Source: a virus (taxonomy: Duplodnaviria > Caudoviricetes). From it: DNA of 24,001 nt. The DNA lies in IMG/VR virus record IMGVR_UViG_3300020325_000077, positions 1 through 24,001 of that record; one strand, written 5' to 3'. Shown here in pieces: positions 14,701 through 22,535 of this stretch; within the stretch, counting starts at the first letter, position 1, and every line of letters begins with the position of its first letter. The notes beneath the pieces were generated by a model, which saw only the letters and a program-made list of their open reading frames with translations, made no database searches and had not been told where the DNA came from. Made by a program: the position numbers and the translations under genes.

Positions 14701-17123
14701 CTCTAACAGCAGCAGCAGTATTCCAGAACTACAACTCTACCAAGTCTAAGTATATCAACGAAGCACCTTACACAGCACCTAAGATTGGTCCTGGCATTGT
14801 AACTGATTCTTCTCTGCTTCTAAATTATGACTTTGGAAACAGAGCAACATATGATCCGCTTGAAAATTTATTCCAGAACTCTAATCTATGCCAAGATACT
14901 TCTACTGCAATACCTTATGGGTGGAATGGATGGAACCCAGCAGAATTTTTGAAGATGTCTCATTTGAATGGACCTTTTGGAGACAAGAGTGCTAAAGTTG
15001 TAGCACACGGAGCTGTAAATCAGAATGGCGGTGGACTACGAGGAGATGTAACTGGATTAGTTCCTGGTGCTACTTACACAGTGTCTGCATATGTTAGAAA
15101 GATTAGTGAAGAAGAGTTGGCATATTGGAATGCTAATAATTCTAAAGGATTGACAACAGGAACTATTGATGGAGCACAAGATGTTTCTTGGTTTGCTGCT
15201 ACGAAATGTAGATGGGAACTGCAGAATATATCTGGAACAGGAGACACTCCTGCTGCCCAAATTACACTAAGTGATCAATGGCAAAGAATTGAACGAGACT
15301 TCCCAGCATCCAGTGATGGAGACAAGAGACTTATTCTGAGTAACAATGTCTCTGATACTGGAACTGGTAATGAAGATGGTGGTGGAGTGTTCTTGATATC
15401 TGCTTTACAACTAGAGAGAAAGTTCAATACTTTGTTTGGTGGAAACAATAAAGCAGGAATCTGGTTTGCTACGCCATATGACTTTGCTATTCCATCAACA
15501 TCCACAATAAAGAACCTCATAACCGATAGTTACTCTGGTATATTGGATGGAGCTGCTTATAATAAATCTGGACACCTTGATTTTGAGGGTACAGATGATT
15601 GTATACAACTATCAGATGCATTCCCCACTGGAAACAATGCTTGGACTTGGAGTGCTTGGATCAAACCACACTACTCTACAGATGGCACACCTCTATTTGC
15701 TGGTACGGAATCTGCGGGACAAGCTATGGTTTCTGTCTGTCAAGATGGTGTTATGCGTGTTGGCATCTGGTTGAATGATTATCTAACTGCTGGAACTGCA
15801 ATTGCTGATGACACTTGGGGAATGACAACGTGGACTTTTGATGGTTCAACGTTGACATGCTATACAAATGGACAGAGTGATGGAACTGGAACTGGTCTTA
15901 GCTTCAATATTACTGGGTCATCAGTTAAGATTGGATCTACTCTTACACAACAATATTTTGGTGGAGGTATTGCCCAGGTTCAAATTTATAATAGAGCATT
16001 GACTGCTGCAGAAGTTGCTAAAAATTACAATGCAACTGTTAGTGAATTTGCCAATCGTACTGATCCTTTCGTTGAAGTTACTAACGAAGGTTACACTCCA
16101 CCAGTAACTGGTGGAGGTGATTTGTATCCATTTACATCAGCATACTTCACTGTCTCCCAGGCACTTACTGATGATACTACTTCTCAGGAACATAGATTTG
16201 GTCCATCTCAATCAGAAGTTAGAGGATGGTTGTCTGGAACTGCCAATGGTGGTGGTGGACATACTTGGGCTGATACTTATGTTGATTGTCCTCAAAATGG
16301 ATATCAAAGATGGCAAGTTCCTAAGACTGGTAAGTATACAATCACTGCAAAAGGTGGTGGCGCAGGACAGTGCCAACAGGGTTATATTGGACGTGGAGTA
16401 AAAGTAATTGCTGATTTCAACCTAACAAAAGGAGACTATTTGATTTTAGCAGCAGGACAAGGTGTTCCTGACGACTTCCAATCAGACTCCTGTAATGGTG
16501 GTGGCGGTGCAACATGGGTAATGAGTGGTAGTAATTATCTTACTGCGGTTCCTCTGATTGTTGCTAATGGTGCTGGTGGTGATAGTTCCGATGGAAGTAC
16601 AAAAGATCAACCAAATATTGTTTTGGGATCTAGTTTTACAGTAACACCAACAGCAGCACAAGGTGGTGGACCAGCAGTTACAGGAAAACAAACCATACCT
16701 ATCCTCTCTAATGTCTATAGTTCTTTAGACTTTGGTCTAGGTGATAATGATACTGTTCAACCTAACTCTGCTGGATGGTTGACTGATGGAGCAGATGTTC
16801 CTGGTCAAACTCCTGGAATTGGTGGTCACTCCTTTAGAACTGATTTGATTGGTGGTACTAGAAGTGATTCTTCTGCTGGATATGGTGGATTTGGTGGTGG
16901 TTCTGGTGGTCAAGATGAAGAAGGTAATGCTGGTGGTGGATTTACTGGTGCTCATGGTAATGATAACAATGATAAAACTGGTCATGGATCAACATTTGTC
17001 AATGACAACAATCAAGGAAATGTTTCAGTCCAACTTGCTCAAGCAACCACCACATATCAAAATTCAGATTATACTTCTGAAGATCAATATCAGGGTTGGA
17101 TTAAGATCGAATTTGTGTCTTGA
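11760..17123 (+). CDS. Large mosaic virion protein (1787 aa): beta-propeller-like, glycine-rich, two LamG/concanavalin-like, CBM-like and ALK/LTK-type glycine-rich domains
   Basis: Repeated (F/W)IxKY...G.v.WQ blades; FSWTAPTGVTSVSVVCVGGGGG...GGSGAVRLIW; TIEMWVR...WYHIVFT...YPRALTAAAVFQNYN; WTWSAWIK...IYNRALTAAEVAKNYNA; GYQRWQVPKTGKYTITAKGGG. Confidence 0.82.
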   Translation: MPVGYSSPARNLFLLGSSGEQVVSNFFAKIDKSSGTDGVYLPDDIRYTGVADQKYILSGSASDSNSKGFGWIEKRDYDGTSAPLDWDVRIESTTTAQNTTLKALELDNAGNLIVVGKTGTVPWIAKYSDTGVIDWQSTTNSADVEYNSITSDSNLNYYACGNTPTSGSAQAFVEKFDINGNPGWGKSAFMLGRDVELEKIAANNRGQVVAVGNLEDDNAYKGYIVKIDTTTGDVLWDRTLESSELLSVSIYKPVFCHGVFIDDKDQIYVVGRVFNTNNTRGFIIKYTPEGNIIWQKETPDNEHFEYYDVKSNSDVEQTIVFGRYLSGGKQYGILTKYAKNGDVIFRRVISSSNDSGANFGRTGVGGAVNLDADPSFYYLLFIDDAIDGFSGTPETYTFGKVSSSGNGFGDFQYYDGIGTLDYEIVNVDDRIGRLSDGSVRQDTSDLITYPFTANKIVFDDLATQVSNKKRQMDTADSFEYSGSPAIRIADFQELNIGSESESSSTTTTTSGVPTNQQEYTSAGTFSWTAPTGVTSVSVVCVGGGGGAVSGDLQGSSPAPGGAGGGGGGLGWKNNISVTPGQSYTVVVGAGGTGIESNTPVNAGDGGDSYFISTNTVKGGGGQGGQHYTAGTGGSYTGDGGGNGGNAADRQNGGGGGGGGGAGGYSGNGGNAGTQSSYSGTQFIAGGSGSGGAGGGASSGWGDYSPNGGGTEIYGQGANGNGGNGGSSGTGGCQGSNVNGTQTVTTEYGGGAGGGVWGGIYNGGSGAVRLIWGNGRSFPSTLTADQTPAAGGDVTTTTTVVTALDQSGKGNNCIVSGATLNVAGYWEFDETDNEIITGPKCNTLFEDGGSGTIEMWVRTNNVETRQTLCSGYLTSGSTQPDRWDFEISNFRIQGGSHDNNFFTGTTTLSADTWYHIVFTLDKSSGAGTLKAYLNAVEDQTQTFSLDRDWATDVEFGIGNRFLQQADFPLDADVAEVRTYPRALTAAAVFQNYNSTKSKYINEAPYTAPKIGPGIVTDSSLLLNYDFGNRATYDPLENLFQNSNLCQDTSTAIPYGWNGWNPAEFLKMSHLNGPFGDKSAKVVAHGAVNQNGGGLRGDVTGLVPGATYTVSAYVRKISEEELAYWNANNSKGLTTGTIDGAQDVSWFAATKCRWELQNISGTGDTPAAQITLSDQWQRIERDFPASSDGDKRLILSNNVSDTGTGNEDGGGVFLISALQLERKFNTLFGGNNKAGIWFATPYDFAIPSTSTIKNLITDSYSGILDGAAYNKSGHLDFEGTDDCIQLSDAFPTGNNAWTWSAWIKPHYSTDGTPLFAGTESAGQAMVSVCQDGVMRVGIWLNDYLTAGTAIADDTWGMTTWTFDGSTLTCYTNGQSDGTGTGLSFNITGSSVKIGSTLTQQYFGGGIAQVQIYNRALTAAEVAKNYNATVSEFANRTDPFVEVTNEGYTPPVTGGGDLYPFTSAYFTVSQALTDDTTSQEHRFGPSQSEVRGWLSGTANGGGGHTWADTYVDCPQNGYQRWQVPKTGKYTITAKGGGAGQCQQGYIGRGVKVIADFNLTKGDYLILAAGQGVPDDFQSDSCNGGGGATWVMSGSNYLTAVPLIVANGAGGDSSDGSTKDQPNIVLGSSFTVTPTAAQGGGPAVTGKQTIPILSNVYSSLDFGLGDNDTVQPNSAGWLTDGADVPGQTPGIGGHSFRTDLIGGTRSDSSAGYGGFGGGSGGQDEEGNAGGGFTGAHGNDNNDKTGHGSTFVNDNNQGNVSVQLAQATTTYQNSDYTSEDQYQGWIKIEFVS

Positions 17124-17134
17124 TTCTGGTGTCT

Positions 17135-17142
17135 GATAAATA
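17135..17142 (+). promoter_or_regulatory. T4-type late promoter
   Basis: GATAAATA, intergenic, followed by a GAGGA RBS and ATG 17180. Confidence 0.72.
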
Positions 17143-17179
17143 GATAGAGAAAAGACTGCACTTCCGAGGAACATAGGTA

Positions 17180-20100
17180 ATGGCAAGGAAATCCATTCAA
17201 ACAAATTATTATCTCTTTGATGCTTCTGCGAGAGAAGTTATCATCCCTGGTGGTATTCAGAGAGAACAGTTGATTTTGATTACTAACGTTACTGATAACA
17301 AAGTAATCTATAATTTCTCGGACCCTGAGCTTACTGCTACTGAGTATCATATCTCTACTGATATCAGAAACGTTACGACAACTAGGATTGTTCTGTCATA
17401 CAATACTACTAGTATGTCAGACACCGATGATTTACAGATCATCTATGATGACTTTGAAGAGACTATCAAACCAGCAGAGACATATCATGATGCTGTAAAC
17501 AAGTCAAAGATATCTAATCCTCAGTCACAGATTGATACTGACTTTGAATATGGTACACAGGATACCAAGTGGGAAGCGTTGTCGATGATCAACAACAACC
17601 CATTTGCTTACAAGTCTCAAGACCCTATTGTAATTACTGATGTTCAGGCAGTACAAAATTCTAGAGAAATTACGGTATCTGTAAACACTTCTGTATCTAC
17701 ACGTCCTGGTGCTGGTACTGCTATTTACATTCAAGATACAACATTCCCTGCTGCAAATGGCGTCTTTATTGTAGATAAAACACAAGGATCTACAGACTTT
17801 ACATACACTGCAAAGAATGAATGGGAACTAGGATCTGGTGGTATCTGGCAGAGTGCTAGAACTGCTCTTTATTCTGGTGTCCATTACAGTGGATCTGATA
17901 TTGGCGGAACTGTTTCTCTTGGTGCAGCGGGTGGAACAATGGCAGGATCTATTCAAGTTGATTGTTCTCAGGCACATGGTTTGGAAGTTGGTAACGAGAT
18001 CGCAGTTGTAGGATCTCAGGGTACTAACGTCAATGGATCTTGGGAAGTTGCTAGAGTTGCAAGTCCGACTAGATTCTTTTATTTTCCAGATGGAACACCT
18101 AGTGGTTCTGTTTCGAGTGGAACAATCAAACTTTATCCAAGACCACAGGGATCTTCGGTACATAGATCATTTGATGGTGGTGTAAAATTCTCTACAAATA
18201 CACATTCAAAAAACCAGCAAGCAATTAGACAAACCAAACGTTACTTCCGTTATCAGTCTGGTAAAGGTGTAGCATTCTCAACTGGTTCTATTCTTGAACC
18301 AGCAATTGAAAACATTGATAGCATCACTGCATCTGGCACAACTATCACTGTTGTATCTGCTGATGCACATAATATTACGAGAGATACTCTAGTTGATGTA
18401 CGTAATGTAAATGATAATGCATATAATGGTGTTTATCAGGTAAGTAATGTAATTGATGCATATACTTTTGAGTATGTTTCTTCTACAGCACCATCTGATA
18501 GTGTTGGATCTGGTCAGTACACTGTAACTCCTGTCAATTCATACGGAACTCAACTTGAGCTTGGTATGATGGATCAGCAGAACGGAATTTTCTTCCGCTG
18601 GGCAAGTGGTGCTCTTAGTGTTGTTCGTAGAACATCTACTTTCCAGTTGTCTGGAAGAGTTACTGTTGCCAATGGAAGTACCCTTGTTTCTAGTTACACT
18701 GCTGTAAATGGACAGAGCACCAAGTTCTCCAAGCAACTGAAGCCTGGTGATTACATTGTCATCCGTGGTTCTTCTTACCGTGTTGATGGTATCGTTTCTG
18801 ATACTCAGTTAGTTATCTTCCCTGACTATCGTGGACCTAATGATGCTGGTCAAAATGCAGCAAACAACTTGATTGTAACTAAGACGGTAGAAACAGAATG
18901 GGGACAGTCTGACTGGAACATTGACCGTTGTGATGGTACTGGTAAGACTGGTTACACTCTCGATCCAACCAAGATGCAGATGTTCTATATGGACTACTCT
19001 TGGTATGGTGCTGGTTTTATCCGCTGGGGATTCCGTGCTCTTGATGGTAACGTAATCTATGCACATAAGATTCCTAATAACAACCAGAACACTGAAGCAT
19101 ACATGAGATCGGGTAACCTACCTGCTCGTTATGAAGTAAATACTATTCCTCCTGCAACAACGGTTGCAAAAACATTATCCAGTTCCGACACTACCATGTT
19201 TGTCGAGGATGCACCAACTCATTTCCCTCCCGCAGGAACGCTAAGATTGAAGAGATCTACTAGTGCAACTGCTGGTGTTCAGGAGTATGTAAATTATACA
19301 GGTAAAACAGTATTCATCCAAGATGTCATTGGAGTTAGTTCTGCAACTTCAACTATTACTGTAGGATCTACTGCTGGTTTGACTGCTGGTGGTCAACAAA
19401 CTATCAAATTTGATACCCCATTCTCTAATGTTGTAGCAGATAAAATTTATTATGTTGCTGCTGTAGATGCTAATGGTAAAGATTTTACCATTACTGATAA
19501 CCAAGGCAGCACCACTGGCATTTCTCTTTTAGATGCTGTTGGATCTCCTCTTTCTCCATTGGCTCGTGCTTTCTCTGGATCATTTACTGGATTGACAAGA
19601 GAGCAAGCGGGTGATACTAGTTTCGATCTTACTATGGGATCTGGACAGTCTTCTGGTAGCGTTAATAACGCTAGTGGTCTACAAGCAGGACAGAGAATTT
19701 TTGGTTCTGGTATCCCTGCTGGTACATACATTCATAGTATCAGTGGAGTAACTATTGAACTTAGTAGAGCTGTTACTTCAGCAAACCCAACTGGAATTAT
19801 TGCAGTTCCTATGGGATCGACTACAGGCCAATCATATACATATGACTCTACTCAACCAGTCAGTGTTGAACTTCTTGCAGCAACATCTGTTCCACAGATC
19901 TCACACTGGGGTTCATCTGTTATTATGGATGGTCTCTATGATGATGACCGAGCATATGTGTACACTATCGGTACTAAACTGAGAAGATCTATTGGTACTG
20001 GTGGTAACAAGACACGTTCTGTTCTTGCTATTAGACTAGCTCCATCAGTTGATAATGGTATCATCGGTGATTTTGGTACAAGAGAACTTGTCAATAGAAT

Positions 20101-20524
20101 GCAACTGGTTCTTCGTAGTATGGACGTGCTATCTGAGGGTCAGTTCTTTGTTGAACTGGTATTGAATCCGATCCCAACATCTACTGTGAACTGGGAACCA
20201 GTAGGAGGAACATCTTTAGCACAATTCACAAACATGAATGGTCAATCTAATATTGATTTCATTGGTGGAGAAGTCATTTACGGATTCTATGCTGGTGGAG
20301 CGGAAGATGCTGCTGTTCCTGAAAGTTATAGTCTATCTGATGTTAAAGAGATCTCTAACTCTATCTTAGGTGGTGGTACAGAAAACTATGAAAATACAAG
20401 TCCACCATTCCCAACTGGTATTTTCCCAGATGGACCTGAGGTTGTAGGTATTCGAGTTACTAACATTGGTAGTTCTGCTGCTAAGATTGACGCACGTATC
20501 TCTTGGACAGAGGCTCAGGCATAA
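17180..20524 (+). CDS. Virion structural protein (1114 aa)
   Basis: Long beta-rich ORF behind a late promoter; LILITNVTDNKVIYNFSDP N-terminus; AHGLEVG/AHNITRD-type small beta repeats; RQTKRYFRYQSGKG and DYSWYGAGFIRWG motifs familiar from cyanophage structural proteins. Confidence 0.78.
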   Translation: MARKSIQTNYYLFDASAREVIIPGGIQREQLILITNVTDNKVIYNFSDPELTATEYHISTDIRNVTTTRIVLSYNTTSMSDTDDLQIIYDDFEETIKPAETYHDAVNKSKISNPQSQIDTDFEYGTQDTKWEALSMINNNPFAYKSQDPIVITDVQAVQNSREITVSVNTSVSTRPGAGTAIYIQDTTFPAANGVFIVDKTQGSTDFTYTAKNEWELGSGGIWQSARTALYSGVHYSGSDIGGTVSLGAAGGTMAGSIQVDCSQAHGLEVGNEIAVVGSQGTNVNGSWEVARVASPTRFFYFPDGTPSGSVSSGTIKLYPRPQGSSVHRSFDGGVKFSTNTHSKNQQAIRQTKRYFRYQSGKGVAFSTGSILEPAIENIDSITASGTTITVVSADAHNITRDTLVDVRNVNDNAYNGVYQVSNVIDAYTFEYVSSTAPSDSVGSGQYTVTPVNSYGTQLELGMMDQQNGIFFRWASGALSVVRRTSTFQLSGRVTVANGSTLVSSYTAVNGQSTKFSKQLKPGDYIVIRGSSYRVDGIVSDTQLVIFPDYRGPNDAGQNAANNLIVTKTVETEWGQSDWNIDRCDGTGKTGYTLDPTKMQMFYMDYSWYGAGFIRWGFRALDGNVIYAHKIPNNNQNTEAYMRSGNLPARYEVNTIPPATTVAKTLSSSDTTMFVEDAPTHFPPAGTLRLKRSTSATAGVQEYVNYTGKTVFIQDVIGVSSATSTITVGSTAGLTAGGQQTIKFDTPFSNVVADKIYYVAAVDANGKDFTITDNQGSTTGISLLDAVGSPLSPLARAFSGSFTGLTREQAGDTSFDLTMGSGQSSGSVNNASGLQAGQRIFGSGIPAGTYIHSISGVTIELSRAVTSANPTGIIAVPMGSTTGQSYTYDSTQPVSVELLAATSVPQISHWGSSVIMDGLYDDDRAYVYTIGTKLRRSIGTGGNKTRSVLAIRLAPSVDNGIIGDFGTRELVNRMQLVLRSMDVLSEGQFFVELVLNPIPTSTVNWEPVGGTSLAQFTNMNGQSNIDFIGGEVIYGFYAGGAEDAAVPESYSLSDVKEISNSILGGGTENYENTSPPFPTGIFPDGPEVVGIRVTNIGSSAAKIDARISWTEAQA

Positions 20525-20527
20525 ATA
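20520..20527 (+). promoter_or_regulatory. T4-type late promoter
   Basis: CATAAATA overlapping the upstream stop codon, ahead of the membrane-protein operon. Confidence 0.62.
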
Positions 20528-20549
20528 GAGCTGCCTTGCTACTCTATTG

Positions 20550-20846
20550 ATGGCGGAAGATAAATCCAAAGTTGTAGAGAAGGAAGACCACGATGATGAT
20601 AAAAGTGAAGTGCTCGGTAACCTTGTAAAGGTTGTCGTTCTTATTTGGTCTGCTTCTCTTCTTACATTCAGTTACGTTAGACTTCCAAATGGAAACAAAA
20701 TTTTAGATTTTGATCCTACCTTTATCGCATCCGTGTTCTCTGGATCTTTAGCTGCGTTCGGATTGAGCCCTGCCAAGTCTGGTGGTGCTGCTAAGAAAGC
20801 ACCTGAGATCAAGAAGAAAGAAGAAACACCTGAACCCAAGGTCTAA
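20550..20846 (+). CDS. Small membrane protein with two hydrophobic segments (holin-like topology, unproven)
   Basis: Acidic N-terminus; LVKVVVLIWSASLLTFSYV and FIASVFSGSLAAFGLS segments; Lys/Glu-rich tail. ATG at 20550. Confidence 0.75.
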   Translation: MAEDKSKVVEKEDHDDDKSEVLGNLVKVVVLIWSASLLTFSYVRLPNGNKILDFDPTFIASVFSGSLAAFGLSPAKSGGAAKKAPEIKKKEETPEPKV

Positions 20847-20848
20847 TC

Positions 20849-21103
20849 ATGCAAAAAGTAATTAATGTTATCGCACTCCTATCGGGACTGACCTCACTGG
20901 CAGTCATCAGCGGGGGTGCTTATGTCTATATGAATCAAGAAGCGTGGAGAGAAAAAGCACAGGAACGTCTCACTGAGATTATCACTGAAGGTGTTACTGG
21001 TGCCCTCCCTGGTCTTCTTGATAGTGCTATGCCTGAACTACCAGAAGTTACTGGTCCCGCTGTCCCTAGTGCAACTGGACCTGCTATCCCCACGTTACCA
21101 TGA
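20849..21103 (+). CDS. Membrane-anchored hypothetical protein with a Pro-rich tail
   Basis: N-terminal hydrophobic segment VINVIALLSGLTSLAVISGGAYVYM, helix, then a TGPAVP/TGPAIP repeat. Confidence 0.78.
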   Translation: MQKVINVIALLSGLTSLAVISGGAYVYMNQEAWREKAQERLTEIITEGVTGALPGLLDSAMPELPEVTGPAVPSATGPAIPTLP

Positions 21104-21732
21104 GTATATTCAACCACGAGAAAGAAGATTATATTCCAGCATCACCACAACCAAAGAAACCATCTGGATGGAAAATAATGATCAGCACTGCTGGTGCATT
21201 GTTCGCTATCTCGCACCTAGGTCTTCTTGGTTATTTGATTGACAGGAAAGCAGAACCACCGTCAGTTCCTACAATTAATCTTCCTCGTGGTCCTTACTCG
21301 TCTTACAAAATAGAGGCAGGTAAGGATGGATATAGAATTGAATATCGTGCTGATGATCCTAAAGTCCTAGAGTCTCATAGATCTCTTGGAGTTGATAGTC
21401 ATAAGAAAGGATTCTTTGGTGGTGGTACAGAAGTTCGTCGTGAGACTCGTTACGATCAATACACTAGACAGGGCACACGCAACTTAGGAGGCGCTTCAGT
21501 AGACTCAGAGGGAAAGTCCTCTGCGAAAAGCGAAGAGTGCATCAGGGCGGACGCTGGCGCACGCTCACAAGGTGCGATGGCAGGGACAGCAATTAGTGCG
21601 GGTCTTGTAGTTCCAGCAGTCTCTAGCATTCCTTACATTGGGTGGTTAGCAGGTGGTTGGGCATTGCTCCTAGGACAGCAAGCGGGTGAGTCTATTGGAT
21701 CTGAAGTAGGTAGTGCATTTAATGATTGCTGA
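21100..21732 (+). CDS. Membrane protein with a C-terminal glycine-zipper-like hairpin
   Basis: ATGA overlap; hydrophobic MISTAGALFAISHLGLLGYLI; C-terminal GAMAGTAISAG...IPYIGWLAGGWALLLGQQAGESIGSEVG bracketed by two Cys. Confidence 0.8.
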   Translation: MSIFNHEKEDYIPASPQPKKPSGWKIMISTAGALFAISHLGLLGYLIDRKAEPPSVPTINLPRGPYSSYKIEAGKDGYRIEYRADDPKVLESHRSLGVDSHKKGFFGGGTEVRRETRYDQYTRQGTRNLGGASVDSEGKSSAKSEECIRADAGARSQGAMAGTAISAGLVVPAVSSIPYIGWLAGGWALLLGQQAGESIGSEVGSAFNDC

Positions 21733-22535
21733 TGGATGATATTAGAATTGAAGAGATAAGACTTGGGACACTTTCTATTCCCGAGGTGACTGTTGTTGAT
21801 ACAAGTAATTATTCTTCACCTCCTATACCTGTTGCTCCTCCAGTAACAATAGATATTGGTGTGCCTATTGTTGATGTTCCTGGTTGTGTTGAGGCACATG
21901 AGGCAAACAACAAATCAAATACGGTAGGTCAAGATGACAAAGATGGACTGGTTACGTATTGTGATTCTGGTATTCCCAGTTATTCTCCTATACGTTATGA
22001 ACCTGAACAGATGATCATAACGACTCCTGCTCCTGTTCCTAAGAACAAGACGGAGACTCCAAAACCAGAAGTACCAGAGGCACCTAAGACAGAAGTCCCT
22101 GCTGCTACTGCTAAGGTAGAATGTCCTACACCAGCACAGAAAGCAAAGGAACCTGTAGGTACACTGGTAGAGGGATTTAGAAAGAAAGTTGTTGCTTATG
22201 AATTAGTAGGCAACGAATGCATTCAACGCACAGAAAAAGTCCCGCTACCTACACAAATAGTAGCGGGACTTCCTAGTGGTGGTCAGGTTGTACAGGTGGG
22301 AGGTGTTGCTGTTATTGCGACGACTTCTGCACTGCTCGCAAAACCTCTTGCTGATCTTTTGTTAAAAGCGGTGAAACCTGCTGTGAAGAAAGTGATGAAG
22401 AAGATTGCTGCCTTGCGGGGTAAGAAGCCCCCAGTCTTGTCGAAAGGGGAGCGCCAAGCAGAGCAGCGTCAGATGAACCACGCTGTGAAGGAGCTTCGTT
22501 CTGTGTTCCCGAGGAGGAAGAAGAAGAAGGGATAG
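21732..22535 (+). CDS. Hypothetical protein, Pro-rich with four Cys, C-terminal membrane segment and basic tail
   Basis: TGATG coupling gives ATG 21732; hydrophobic VVQVGGVAVIATTSALLAKPLADLLL followed by a Lys/Arg-rich tail. Confidence 0.78.
   Translation: MDDIRIEEIRLGTLSIPEVTVVDTSNYSSPPIPVAPPVTIDIGVPIVDVPGCVEAHEANNKSNTVGQDDKDGLVTYCDSGIPSYSPIRYEPEQMIITTPAPVPKNKTETPKPEVPEAPKTEVPAATAKVECPTPAQKAKEPVGTLVEGFRKKVVAYELVGNECIQRTEKVPLPTQIVAGLPSGGQVVQVGGVAVIATTSALLAKPLADLLLKAVKPAVKKVMKKIAALRGKKPPVLSKGERQAEQRQMNHAVKELRSVFPRRKKKKG

Noticed and set aside
8162-20569. Many short antisense and alternate-frame ORFs within the large structural genes
   Set aside because: Expected shadows of long genes with biased Thr/Ser/Gly codons; no RBS or motifs.
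20991-21242. Hydrophobic alternate-frame ORF as an embedded o-spanin lipoprotein
   Set aside because: LIVLC is not a proper lipobox, there is no basic n-region, and Leu-rich shifted frames are common throughout this window.
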